Shown piece after piece: positions 17,826 through 27,772 of a DNA stretch of 62,386 nt. The notes below the pieces were generated by a model, which worked only from the letters and a program-made list of their open reading frames with translations, was not told the DNA's origin and did no database searches. The translations under genes and the position numbers were made by a program. The number at the start of each line of letters is the position of its first letter. The stretch's first letter is position 1. Source of the DNA: an uncultured Clostridia bacterium (GTDB lineage Bacteria; Bacillota; Clostridia; UBA1381); NCBI GenBank assembly GCA_934463455.1, contig CAKSJU010000001.1, positions 1 to 62,386 on the forward strand. The letters run 5' to 3'.

Positions 17826-18911
17826 TCAGCCATTTATAACAACGGGTGTTGTATTGATATGAAGCTCGTTTGCTTCCGAAAGCGATACAATATTATCATC
17901 GTTGAAATCAATATCTATTGCCGTATCTTTGCCGAGCTTTGAATTTATTCTTGAAGAAATTGACAATTCTGCTTTTTCATCCGTCAAAACTTTGAAAGAA
18001 ACTTTTGCGATATGTCCGTCGGTAAGTGCATTTCTTTCGGAATTTTGAAGTGAAGCAACCGAGGCAATTTTTAAACTGTCGGCACTGAATTGGTCATTTG
18101 CCGCATCCAAAACGCCGCGGTATTCCTTGTCGCCGCTTAAGTATGTATATCCGTTATACTCGAGCTTTGAGTGGTCGTATATAAGACCGAGAGTCATTGT
18201 GGAAAGATACATATCTTTATCCGAATATTTTTTCAGATTTGAAAGGTCAACATATACATCTATTATATCGTCCTTTTTTGCGGTTTTTGTATCACATGAG
18301 AGTGAAATTGACGGAATGTCTTCGCTTGCGTTATATGTCTTGTCCTCTGTTCCTTCGGGAGCTGTGTCAAATGTAACATTTCCGCCGGAAAGGGGATAAT
18401 TTACCTCATAGCCGTCTGCACCCATATCACGCAAATATCTTGTATATGCTCTTGATGTGATGTTGATTGTTTGATTTTCCTGATTCCAATCAACCTTTGC
18501 GCCGATTGCTTCGAGTACGGCACGTACGGGAATCATTGTACGGTCGTTCATAACAACGGGAGGTTGATCAAGCTTTTGAACGTCGGTTTTTACATTCTGA
18601 ACAGACGGATAATAGTAAAGATTCATCTCGTCGCTGCCTATTGTCAAAACTACAGCATTACGGTTGTCTCCGGAGGTGACGGTAACCTTTTTTTCTTCAC
18701 CGTTCCAGTCTACTTTTGCACCTGCCGATGCGCAGACAAAACGGAGCGGAATGAGTGTTCTGTTGGTTTCTTCCATAATTACGGGACCCTGGTCTTCAAA
18801 AACCAGCTCGCGCTCGTCCACTATTATTTTTGGGGAAGTTTGTGCATTTGCCGCCGCAGCCGATAAAATCAGCATAACAGACGCGACCGCACCAATAATT
18901 TTTTTATTCAT
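17826..18911 (-). CDS. Secreted protein with two copper-amine-oxidase-N (stalk) repeats and a cohesin-like C-terminal domain
   Basis: Signal peptide MNKKIIGAVASVMLILSAAAANA. It has the repeats RTLIPLRFVCASAGAKVDWNGEEKKVTV and RTMIPVRAVLEAIGAKVDWNQENQTINI, and a C-terminal beta-rich domain resembling cohesin. Confidence 0.55.
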   Translation of the reverse strand: MNKKIIGAVASVMLILSAAAANAQTSPKIIVDERELVFEDQGPVIMEETNRTLIPLRFVCASAGAKVDWNGEEKKVTVTSGDNRNAVVLTIGSDEMNLYYYPSVQNVKTDVQKLDQPPVVMNDRTMIPVRAVLEAIGAKVDWNQENQTINITSRAYTRYLRDMGADGYEVNYPLSGGNVTFDTAPEGTEDKTYNASEDIPSISLSCDTKTAKKDDIIDVYVDLSNLKKYSDKDMYLSTMTLGLIYDHSKLEYNGYTYLSGDKEYRGVLDAANDQFSADSLKIASVASLQNSERNALTDGHIAKVSFKVLTDEKAELSISSRINSKLGKDTAIDIDFNDDNIVSLSEANELHINTTPVVING

Positions 18912-19120
18912 TTAAGTTCATGACCTTTCTGCCCGGAAAATATGTTTGCCGATTTACTCTCGGGCATGTAAATCGGATAATATCGAATATATTATATCAC
19001 ATATTTTATAAATAAACAATAAAAATTTTGTTTTTTTTAAAAATATACTGGAATTATTATAAAAAATATAGTATAATAGAAGAAAAATGTGCCGGGAGGG
19101 CTGTTGGTTTGGAAGTATTA

Positions 19121-19954
19121 ATGACATATATATCGGATTTTTTGAAAATGTTTAAAATAACCGACGCAATTGACATTATAATTGTTGCGGTAATTATATA
19201 TAATCTGCTTAAAATGATAAAGGAAACACGGGCAATTCAGCTTATCAAGGGAATTGTACTGGTATTTTTGGGCTGGCAGATAAGTGCGCTTTTAAATTTG
19301 ACAACGATTAATTTTTTGCTGAGAAATACTATGCAGATAGGCTTGTTTGCAATTGTGGTTATATTTCAGCCGGAGCTTAGAAACGTGCTTGAAAGACTCG
19401 GTCGCTCCACTGCGGGAAATCTTCTTGCATTTAACGTAAATCAGACCGGCAGTGAAGAAACAGAAGAGGCAATTGAGGAAATAACCGAGGCATGCGTAAA
19501 TATGTCCCATACCAAAACCGGTGCGCTTATAGTAATGGAAAGAAAAACAAAACTCGGAGATGTTATAAAAACAGGAACATATATCGGAGCGGAAACCACT
19601 TCTGCTCTTTTGGAGAATATATTTGTTCCGAACACCCCTCTTCATGACGGTGCTGTTGTAATAAGAGACGGCAAAATAAATGCTGCGGGCTGTCTTTTAC
19701 CGCTCACCTCAAATATAAATCTGTCGCGCGAGCTGGGAACGCGTCACAGAGCTGCTATCGGAATGTCGGAAAATTCCGATGCGATTGTAATAGTTGTAAG
19801 CGAAGAAACGGGGAAAATATCTTTGGCGGTAAACGGAACGCTTACAAGAAACCTTAACGGCTCGACGTTAAAGCTTGCGCTTGTAAAAGCAATTTCCGCA
19901 CAGCAAAATACGGATTTGGAAAAAATGAAATTTTGGAAGGGGAGTTCAAAATGA
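19121..19954 (+). CDS. cdaA: Diadenylate cyclase CdaA
   Basis: Three N-terminal TM helices followed by the DAC domain ..GALIVMERK..PLHDGAVVIRDGKINAAGCLLPL..LGTRHRAAIGMSE.. Confidence 0.9.
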   Translation: MTYISDFLKMFKITDAIDIIIVAVIIYNLLKMIKETRAIQLIKGIVLVFLGWQISALLNLTTINFLLRNTMQIGLFAIVVIFQPELRNVLERLGRSTAGNLLAFNVNQTGSEETEEAIEEITEACVNMSHTKTGALIVMERKTKLGDVIKTGTYIGAETTSALLENIFVPNTPLHDGAVVIRDGKINAAGCLLPLTSNINLSRELGTRHRAAIGMSENSDAIVIVVSEETGKISLAVNGTLTRNLNGSTLKLALVKAISAQQNTDLEKMKFWKGSSK

Positions 19955-21135
19955 AAAATACGAAACCTCTTTTTGAACAGAAGATATTGCTTCAGATAAT
20001 CTCGATTATTGCCGCAATTGTCCTTTGGTTCGCCGTAGTATATTCCGAAAACCCGTCTACCACGAGATTGATTACGAATATTAATATTTCTTTCAGCGGG
20101 GAAAAGGCTCTTGAAAAGAATGGCTTGATTTTTGTAAACCGTGATGAGTTGCCGGGAATTACAATTGAAGTGAGAGGAAAAAGAAGCGAGGTACAGAGTA
20201 TTCTCAATTCCGTATCCGCAAAGGTTGACCTTACCGATATTACCGAAGCGGGTGAATATACGCGTGATGTAAGCTACGAAATTCCGAATTCGTCGGTTAT
20301 GATAACAAAAAAAAGAACGACCTCGGTGAATATTGTTATAGAAAAATCCGTATCTAAGGAAATTCCGGTTGTTGTAAAGCAAAGCGGTGCGGATAAAAAT
20401 AAGGATTATATAATAAAAAGCAGTGCTGAAATAAATAAACTTAAAATTTCCGGAACAGCGGAAGATTTGGCTAAAATCGGTACGGCGGTTGTGACTGTGG
20501 ATGTATCGGAAATGAATGAAACCAATACCGGAAGTTATCCTATGAGCTTTGCCGACGGAAACTACAGCAGTGTTACGGCTTCAAACCATATTTCCGGAGC
20601 AAAACAGAGTATTGCTGTTGAAAATGAAGTTTATTTTAAGCAGACAGCCGAAATAAAGCTGTCGCCGAAGTATAACGACAGCGGGAAAAAAATAACCGTA
20701 AAAAGCTTTTCGCAGGATAAAATCGATGTGGGAGTTAAGGACGAAAATACCGAGACGACGGTTGTGTATGCTGAATTTAAAGATGAAAGTACTGCCGGCG
20801 GCAATGGGAAATATGAAATGACACTGATAATTCCCGAGGAAATATATTGTCCGGAAATACCGAAAGAGCTTACAATGGTGGCTGAAATAGCGGATATTGT
20901 AACAAGAGAAGTTCAGGTGACGCCGGGATATGAAAATGCCGCTTCCGGTACAACGGTGAATTTGTTTCCGATTTCTTTCCCTGTTTCGGCTACAGGTACC
21001 GAAGCGGAGCTTGCAGCGATAAAAGCGGAGGTTGATCTGTCAGGTCTGGAAAAAGGTTCGTATACGCTCCCGGTAGTGTTTAAAGGTACTGCAAAAATTA
21101 ATGGGGAATACAGCGTGAATGTTACTATAGACTGA
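19951..21135 (+). CDS. cdaR: CdaR (YbbR-domain) regulator of CdaA
   Basis: ATGA overlap with the cdaA stop, an N-terminal TM segment and repeated YbbR-like beta domains, in the conserved position after cdaA. Confidence 0.75.
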   Translation: MKNTKPLFEQKILLQIISIIAAIVLWFAVVYSENPSTTRLITNINISFSGEKALEKNGLIFVNRDELPGITIEVRGKRSEVQSILNSVSAKVDLTDITEAGEYTRDVSYEIPNSSVMITKKRTTSVNIVIEKSVSKEIPVVVKQSGADKNKDYIIKSSAEINKLKISGTAEDLAKIGTAVVTVDVSEMNETNTGSYPMSFADGNYSSVTASNHISGAKQSIAVENEVYFKQTAEIKLSPKYNDSGKKITVKSFSQDKIDVGVKDENTETTVVYAEFKDESTAGGNGKYEMTLIIPEEIYCPEIPKELTMVAEIADIVTREVQVTPGYENAASGTTVNLFPISFPVSATGTEAELAAIKAEVDLSGLEKGSYTLPVVFKGTAKINGEYSVNVTID

Positions 21136-21150
21136 TCGTACAAAAGACAT

Positions 21151-21186
21151 TAATTAATTGTGAAAATTTAGTTTTACAACCAGTTA
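21151..21186. repeat. AT-rich palindromic element, copy B
   Basis: TAATTAATTGTGAAAA-TTTA-GTTTTACAACCAGTTA, upstream of the ECF S component gene. Confidence 0.8.
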
Positions 21187-21213
21187 AAAAAGATATTGAA
21201 AGGATGAAGCAAA

Positions 21214-21759
21214 ATGAATAATACAAAAAAACTGACAATCTTGGGTGTACTCGGAGCTTTGTCGGTAATCCTTGTTACTCTGATACATTTTCCGATTTTT
21301 CCCGCAGCATCATTTTTGGAATATGACCCGGCAGATATACCTATTTTTGTTGCGGCATTTTTGATAGGACCGCTGTCGGGATTTGTTCTGACGGTTGTTG
21401 TATCGGTAATTCAGGGAGTGACGGTGAGCTCGGCAAGCGGATATATAGGAATATTGATGCATATATTTTCAACCGGTGCCTTTGTGCTTGCAGCAGGGAA
21501 TATTTACAGAATAAACAGAACAAAAAAAGGTGCGATGGCAGGACTTGCAGTTGGAGTGGCGGTTATGACCGCAGTGATGACCTTGTGGAATTTGCTGCTG
21601 ACTCCGATATTTATGGGAGTGCCGAGACAGGCTGTTGCGGAATTGCTTCTTCCCGCAATTCTTCCTTTTAACATTATAAAATCGGGAGTAAATGCAATCG
21701 TTACCATGTTTGTTTATAAAAAAATATCAACCTTTGTCAATAAGCATATATCAAAGTAA
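21214..21759 (+). CDS. ECF transporter S component (RibU-like; substrate not assignable)
   Basis: 181 aa with about 6 TM segments, containing ..FLEYDPADIPIFVAAFLIGPLSG.. typical of ECF S components. I found no recognisable riboswitch upstream. Confidence 0.65.
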   Translation: MNNTKKLTILGVLGALSVILVTLIHFPIFPAASFLEYDPADIPIFVAAFLIGPLSGFVLTVVVSVIQGVTVSSASGYIGILMHIFSTGAFVLAAGNIYRINRTKKGAMAGLAVGVAVMTAVMTLWNLLLTPIFMGVPRQAVAELLLPAILPFNIIKSGVNAIVTMFVYKKISTFVNKHISK

Positions 21760-21837
21760 TATTTTGTATTTGACAATCGTAAAAAAATGGTATATAATAA
21801 ATCAGTAGTAAAAAGAGCGGAAAGGATTTGTTTTAAT

Positions 21838-23187
21838 ATGGGTAGATTATTCGGCACAGACGGGATAAGAGGCATAGCGAATACAGAGCTTACTGCGGAG
21901 CTTGCTTTTAAAACCGGGCAGAGCGGAGCATATGTTCTGACAAAAACATCAAACAAAAGACCGAGAATTCTTATCGGAAAAGATACAAGAAAATCGGGAG
22001 ATATGCTGGAAGCGGCACTTACGGCGGGACTTTGTTCGGTGGGAGCGAAGGTTATATCGCTCGGAGTGATTCCGACTCCTGCGGTTGCATATCTTACAAG
22101 ACTTTATAAAGCTGATGCGGGTGTTGTTATATCAGCTTCACATAATCCGTGCGAATACAACGGTATAAAATTTTTCAACAGTGAGGGTTATAAATTAAAG
22201 GACGAAATCGAAGATGAAATCGAAGATTATATAACGGGCCGTAAAACAATAGAAAATCTGCCTACTCACGGTGCGGTCGGATATGTTGCAAAAAACCATG
22301 ATGCTGTTGAAGATTATGTTAAATTTGCAATTTCAACAATTGATGTAAATCTTGAGGGTATGAAAATTGCAATCGATTGTGCAAACGGAGCAAGCTACCG
22401 GACGGCATTCACAGCACTTAATAAACTCGGCGCAAACGTTGAGGCAATTCACAATACCCCGGACGGAGTTAATATTAACGATAAATGCGGTTCGACTCAT
22501 ATGGAAAGCCTTTGCGAATATGTTAAATTAATCGGCGCGGATGTCGGACTTGCTTTTGACGGCGACGCGGACAGAATGCTGGCTGTTGACGAAAACGGTA
22601 AAATTATTGACGGAGACCAGATAATGGCTGCGTGTGCTTACCGGATGATGAAAGAAAACCGTCTCGAAAAGAATGCGCTTGTAGCTACTGTTATGAGTAA
22701 TTTGGGATTGTTTATTGCGGGAGAAAAGCTCGGGATAAATATTCCTAAAACAAAAGTCGGAGACAGATACGTTTTGGAGGAAATGCTTGACAAAGGATAT
22801 GTTATCGGAGGAGAACAATCCGGACATATAATTTTCCTTGACTATAATACCACGGGGGACGGACTTGTAAGTGCGCTTCAATTCTTGTCGGTACTAAAAA
22901 AGACTGGCAAAAAAGCTTCGGAAGCGGCTTCGATAGTTAATGTACTTCCGCAGGTTTTGTGCAATGCAAAGGTTAAAAACGAGCATAAAGAAGATTATAT
23001 GAGCTTTGAAGAAATTGCGAATGAAATAAAGAAGCTTGAGGACGAATTTGCGGGAGAGGGCAGAGTACTGATACGTCCTTCGGGAACAGAGCCGCTGGTA
23101 AGAGTTATGATAGAGGGTAAGGACAAAGAATATATCGGCAGGAAAGCATTGGAGCTTGCGAAGCTTATTGAAAAAACCTGTTCGTAA
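21838..23187 (+). CDS. glmM: Phosphoglucosamine mutase
   Basis: [12 protein letters not shown].., active-site ..ISASHNP.. and ..FDGDADR... Confidence 0.95.
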   Translation: MGRLFGTDGIRGIANTELTAELAFKTGQSGAYVLTKTSNKRPRILIGKDTRKSGDMLEAALTAGLCSVGAKVISLGVIPTPAVAYLTRLYKADAGVVISASHNPCEYNGIKFFNSEGYKLKDEIEDEIEDYITGRKTIENLPTHGAVGYVAKNHDAVEDYVKFAISTIDVNLEGMKIAIDCANGASYRTAFTALNKLGANVEAIHNTPDGVNINDKCGSTHMESLCEYVKLIGADVGLAFDGDADRMLAVDENGKIIDGDQIMAACAYRMMKENRLEKNALVATVMSNLGLFIAGEKLGINIPKTKVGDRYVLEEMLDKGYVIGGEQSGHIIFLDYNTTGDGLVSALQFLSVLKKTGKKASEAASIVNVLPQVLCNAKVKNEHKEDYMSFEEIANEIKKLEDEFAGEGRVLIRPSGTEPLVRVMIEGKDKEYIGRKALELAKLIEKTCS

Positions 23188-23213
23188 TAAAAACGGAAAC
23201 GAGGGTCATAAAA

Positions 23214-23846
23214 TTGGATTTTGTTTCTATAGATTTTGAGACAGCGACTTCGTATCCCAACAGTATTTGCAGCATGGGTATTGCTGTTGTGCACAATAAT
23301 ATTGTCACCGATACAAAAGAAATATTAATCAGACCGGAGCCGTTTGAATTTAACGATTATAATATAATGATACACGGAATAACTCCCGAGCTTGTTTCGG
23401 ACAAGCCTAAATTCTGCGATATTTGGGAGGAAGTTAAGCCGATTTTGGACAATAATGTGGTTGCTGCGCATAATGCGAGCTTTGATATAGGCGCATTAAG
23501 AGCGACCCTTGATATGTTTGGGATTGAGTATCCCACGTTTGATTATCTGTGTACAGTAAAGCTTTCACAAAAAGCTTATCCCGAGCTGCCGAGTCATAAG
23601 CTTAATTTTATGGCAGAAGCACTCGGAATAGATTTCAATCATCATCGCGCGGGTGATGACGCATATGTATGCGCAAAGCTTTTGATTAGGATATTGGAGG
23701 ATTTTGGAATAGATTCGGTAGAAGAAACCGAAGAAAAATTTGAAATAGGAATCGGCAGACTTTATCCCGGCTGCTACGTACCGTGTACAAAATCAAAGAA
23801 GAGCAAGGCGCGGAAAGTACATATGACAAGCGGAGTTCATAAATAA
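23214..23846 (+). CDS. DEDDh 3'-5' exonuclease (DnaQ/epsilon-like domain protein)
   Basis: FVSIDFETA (ExoI), ..VVAAHNASFDIGAL.. (ExoII) and ..HHRAGDDA.. (ExoIII, H-x4-D). The start is TTG, 8 nt after GAGGG. Confidence 0.8.
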   Translation: MDFVSIDFETATSYPNSICSMGIAVVHNNIVTDTKEILIRPEPFEFNDYNIMIHGITPELVSDKPKFCDIWEEVKPILDNNVVAAHNASFDIGALRATLDMFGIEYPTFDYLCTVKLSQKAYPELPSHKLNFMAEALGIDFNHHRAGDDAYVCAKLLIRILEDFGIDSVEETEEKFEIGIGRLYPGCYVPCTKSKKSKARKVHMTSGVHK

Positions 23847-23945
23847 GTAACAAAATCTTCACAGCAAATCTATTGCTTTGAAGATTTTATTGTGATAGAA
23901 TAAAAAATATATAGACAATACATAAATAATAGAGGATTGATATAT

Positions 23946-25385
23946 ATGAAAAAAACAATAGCACTTATATGCGCGGCATTGCTTCTTTCGGGGAATGTTC
24001 AAGCTTCCGATTTGAGCGGATGGGCGGAAACCGAATATGAGCTTGCTTCCGGAGCCGGGCTTTTGTCTTATGATATTGCGCAAAACTCATTCAGAGAAGA
24101 TATAACCCGTGCGGAATTTTGCGAGCTTGCAATGAATTTGTTTAAGCAGATTTCAGATAAAGAAGTCTATACTCCGGAGGTGAATCCGTTTGAGGATTGT
24201 GACAGCCCGGCAGTAGAACAGGCATACGCTCTCGGAATTATAAGCGGAAAAAGCGAAAATGAGTTTGACCCGGACGGATATGTCACAAGAGAAGAAATGG
24301 CAAAAATGATTGTGAATACATTAAAAGCAGCAGAGATAAATATTGTTACGCTGCGTTCCGAGGCGGAAGAGCTGACGGATGGATTTGAAGACAAGGAACT
24401 GATTGCCCCGTGGGCATACGGTGAGGTTGCGTCTGCGCTTAAATATTCCGTGATGAGCGGTACTGCGGACAATCTTCTTTCCCCTAAAGAGGGAGCGGCA
24501 CGCGAACAGGCTGTTGCGATGATAAGCCGTACGTATACGCAGTTTGCTCCCGAGAAAAATATTTACGAAATTCCCGAATTTATTTCTTTGGCTCAGGACA
24601 CTGCCGCGGATATAAATTCAAATATAGAATTGACCACGGTGGACGGTGCGTATAAGTACATGGTGATAATCAAGGATTCCGACGGAAAAACGGTTGACTC
24701 TTTCACATCGGATAGTCCTAAAGTAAAGGCAGCTTTTGATAAATTAAACGAGAATATAAAATATACGTTATCGGCAGGCGTGGAATACAAATCCGGAATA
24801 CAGGTTTTTTCCATACCGGTTGATGTGGTTTATAAGCATGACGCAAAGGTCATAACAGAAATAAAAAAAGACAGCCGGACACTGACCGCAAAAGAATTGA
24901 GGGTATTTCCGGGAGGAAATATATTTGAAACCGAGGAAGATGCTGCGCTGAATATGACTAATGTTACGGTTGATGTTTGGTGCGTAAATGACAAAGGCGA
25001 AAAATATGCCGCAAAAAAGACCCTTTCGGTTAATAAATATCTGGCAGAGGATGTTGTAAATATTTTCAAGGAAATATTTGAAGATCCGTCACGATTTCCT
25101 ATAAAAAGTGTGGGCGGATATTATTGGAGAACTACCGCATTCGGAAGTATATCCCAGCATAGTTACGGTACTTGTATAGACATTAATCCGGATGAAAACT
25201 ACTACTGCTATTCGGAAAACGGCGACGCGATAGTCGGAAACGGCTGGTACCCTTATGAAAATATGTATTCAATTACGCCCGACGGAGCCGTTGTTGCCGC
25301 ATTTGCAAAATATGGCTGGATTTGGGGCGGAAGCTGGGACGGAAAAGTGAAAGACTATATGCACTTCACATATTTGGGAAAATAA
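23946..25385 (+). CDS. Cell-wall anchored (3 SLH-like repeats) M15-family metallopeptidase (VanY/D-Ala-D-Ala carboxypeptidase-like)
   Basis: It has a signal peptide and three repeats of the SLH type (..W.....A...G...G......F.P....TREE.A..). The C-terminus carries ..HSYGTCIDINPDEN.. and ..DYMHFTY... Confidence 0.65.
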   Translation: MKKTIALICAALLLSGNVQASDLSGWAETEYELASGAGLLSYDIAQNSFREDITRAEFCELAMNLFKQISDKEVYTPEVNPFEDCDSPAVEQAYALGIISGKSENEFDPDGYVTREEMAKMIVNTLKAAEINIVTLRSEAEELTDGFEDKELIAPWAYGEVASALKYSVMSGTADNLLSPKEGAAREQAVAMISRTYTQFAPEKNIYEIPEFISLAQDTAADINSNIELTTVDGAYKYMVIIKDSDGKTVDSFTSDSPKVKAAFDKLNENIKYTLSAGVEYKSGIQVFSIPVDVVYKHDAKVITEIKKDSRTLTAKELRVFPGGNIFETEEDAALNMTNVTVDVWCVNDKGEKYAAKKTLSVNKYLAEDVVNIFKEIFEDPSRFPIKSVGGYYWRTTAFGSISQHSYGTCIDINPDENYYCYSENGDAIVGNGWYPYENMYSITPDGAVVAAFAKYGWIWGGSWDGKVKDYMHFTYLGK

Positions 25386-25429
25386 GCAGAATACGATTGC
25401 TGTAAATGTAAAAACTTAAGGGAGAGAAT

Positions 25430-27607
25430 ATGAAATTCGGAAAATGGATAACAGAAAAAAACGGGTGTGAAAGTCCTGTATTCAGAAAAAAGTTTTCGTG
25501 CGGTGATATAAAAAGCGCAGGCATTAAAATATGCGGCTTGGGTTGGTTTGAATTGTTTGTAAACGGGAAAAAGGTAACCGACGCATTGTTTACTCCTGCT
25601 GTTTCAACATATGAAAAATTGAACGGGCGGCAGCTTTTATATCCGCTTTCGGATGATTTTGTATCTCCGAGAATTTATTATTGCCGATATGATATAACAA
25701 AGTATTTGAAGAACGGGGAAAATTTAATATCCGTTCAGCTGGGCAACGGTTGGTATAATCAGACTCGAAGAGATGTCGAGGGCGATTTTTCCTACGGAAA
25801 GCCGAAGCTGCGGTTTTGTGCTGAAATTGAAAAGATAAACGGGGAAAAGCAAATCGTAATAAGCGATGAAACCGTTAAATGCAACGAAAGTGCGCTTGTG
25901 GAAAACAGCCTGTTTTTCGGTGAAAAATGGGATTTTTCAAAGCCGCATAATTACCATGATACGGATTTTGACGATTCTTCTTTTGAGAATGCGGTGTGTG
26001 CCGAACAACCTAAAGGCGAGCTTACCGAATTTGTATATCCGGAGGATAAGGTAATACGTACGATTGTTCCGAAATATCTTGGTATGTTCGAGGGAAAGCA
26101 TGTTTATGACGCAGGCGAAAATATATCCGGAGCGGTACGGCTTGATACCTTGTCGGATAAAGTAACAATTACTCATGCAGAGGAGATTTACGAAAACGGA
26201 GCTTTGAATTTCAGCTCATCCCTGAATGAGCAAATTCAAAAATGTGAATATATCGGAAAAGAAAAAAATGTCCATCCTCACTTTTCATGGCAGGGCTTCA
26301 GATATTTTGCGGTAGAGGGTGAAGCGGAAAATGTAGTTTGCGACGTTATACATACAGAGCTTAAAGAAACGGCGGATTTTTATTGCGAGGACGGAGTTAT
26401 AAATAAAATATATGAAATGTACAAACGCACTCAGCTGATGAATATACACGGATGTGTTCCGCTGGATTGCCCGCACAGGGAAAGACTCGGTTATACCGGA
26501 GACGGACAGATAACCTGCGAAACGGTTATGCACTTGTTCGACGCAAGGGGACTTTATAAAAAGTGGATGCAGGACATAGAGGATTGCAGTGACAGTATAA
26601 GCGGACATATTCAGCACAGCGCGCCGTTCGGAGGCGGCGGAGGAGGACCTGCCGGCTGGGGAGGTGCGGCTGTGGTTGTGCCTTACACGTATTATAAAAT
26701 GTACGGTGATGAAAATTTTGTGAAAAAATATCTTCACTGTATGACGCATTGGCTTGATTATATGGAATCAAGATGTGAAAACGGCTTGGTAACACATGAA
26801 GAAAAAGACGGATGGTGTCTGGGTGATTGGTGCTATTCGGGACGCGGAAGCGAAGAGGATATTCTTTCGCCGGAATATGTGAATACCGCATACCTCATTG
26901 AATTTTACGATAAAATCCTCGAATTGGACAGTGAAATAGGTCTCGGACTTCCGAAAAATGAATATAAAGCGAGAAAAGCACAGCATATAAGTGCGATTAC
27001 AGACAAATATTTTGATTCGGATACGGGCGATTTTTGCAAAAACTACAGGGGTGCAAATGTATTTGCGATATGTGCCGGATTGGGCGATGAAAGAACACTG
27101 AATAATTTGATTGATATGTACAGAAGCTTCGGCGGGCTTGACACCGGAATATTTGCAACCGAAAAGCTTATCGGTATATTAACCGAAAAAGGGTATTCCG
27201 AATTGGTTTATAATCTGCTCTCGTCCAAAAAAGCGGAGCATTCGTTTTATTATATGTACGAAAAAGGAGCAACAACCTTCTGGGAAAGCTGGGACGGAGG
27301 AGAAAGCCATAATCATCCGATGTTCGGAGGCTGCATGAAAGCCTTGTGGAAGTGCTTTTTGGGAATTAATCCGCAGGAGGCGGGATACAAAAAAGTTAAA
27401 ATTTCTCCGTGCAATGTAAAAGAACTCGGAAACTTCGGAGGTTATATCACAATAAACAAATCAAAGCTTTCGGTAAAACTGTCAAGAGGTGAAGAAAAAA
27501 TAAAAATACAGATTGAAATGCCGAAAAATATTGAGGGTATCTTATCTTTTGAAAATAAAAATATTAAATTGAAAGATGGGTTTAATGAAATTGTTTTTGA
27601 AGCGTAG
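25430..27607 (+). CDS. Alpha-L-rhamnosidase (GH78-like)
   Basis: 725 aa. The N-terminus is ..PVFRKKFS....A.IKICGLGWFELFVNGKKV.., followed by a central six-hairpin region ..DCPHRERLGYTGDGQ.., as in GH78 enzymes. Confidence 0.75.
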   Translation: MKFGKWITEKNGCESPVFRKKFSCGDIKSAGIKICGLGWFELFVNGKKVTDALFTPAVSTYEKLNGRQLLYPLSDDFVSPRIYYCRYDITKYLKNGENLISVQLGNGWYNQTRRDVEGDFSYGKPKLRFCAEIEKINGEKQIVISDETVKCNESALVENSLFFGEKWDFSKPHNYHDTDFDDSSFENAVCAEQPKGELTEFVYPEDKVIRTIVPKYLGMFEGKHVYDAGENISGAVRLDTLSDKVTITHAEEIYENGALNFSSSLNEQIQKCEYIGKEKNVHPHFSWQGFRYFAVEGEAENVVCDVIHTELKETADFYCEDGVINKIYEMYKRTQLMNIHGCVPLDCPHRERLGYTGDGQITCETVMHLFDARGLYKKWMQDIEDCSDSISGHIQHSAPFGGGGGGPAGWGGAAVVVPYTYYKMYGDENFVKKYLHCMTHWLDYMESRCENGLVTHEEKDGWCLGDWCYSGRGSEEDILSPEYVNTAYLIEFYDKILELDSEIGLGLPKNEYKARKAQHISAITDKYFDSDTGDFCKNYRGANVFAICAGLGDERTLNNLIDMYRSFGGLDTGIFATEKLIGILTEKGYSELVYNLLSSKKAEHSFYYMYEKGATTFWESWDGGESHNHPMFGGCMKALWKCFLGINPQEAGYKKVKISPCNVKELGNFGGYITINKSKLSVKLSRGEEKIKIQIEMPKNIEGILSFENKNIKLKDGFNEIVFEA

Positions 27608-27676
27608 CAGAATAAACAATAAATTAACTGTATGCCGGAAAAAACTTGTTAATACAAGAAATTTTTTCGTGCAGGC

Positions 27677-27705
27677 TTGAAATAGCGGGAAAAGTAATAT
27701 ATAAT
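27677..27705 (+). promoter_or_regulatory. Sigma-A type promoter upstream of purF
   Basis: TTGAAA (27677-27682), 17 nt, TATAAT (27700-27705). Confidence 0.5.
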
Positions 27706-27772
27706 TATATTGTAGGTATAGACTAAACTGTATTGTCTATAGGCTTTGGTTTGCGAATAAAGGAGTGGCATT

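Noticed and set aside
21136-21213. FMN or other vitamin riboswitch upstream of the RibU-like ECF S component.
   Set aside because: The spacer is 78 nt and is almost fully occupied by the palindromic element plus the RBS, so there is no room or motifs for a riboswitch aptamer.
27706-27772. Possible purine or ZTP riboswitch in the purF leader.
   Set aside because: The leader is only about 65 nt. It lacks the conserved purine-riboswitch junction sequences and any terminator, and only a 7-bp TATAGAC/GTCTATA hairpin is present.
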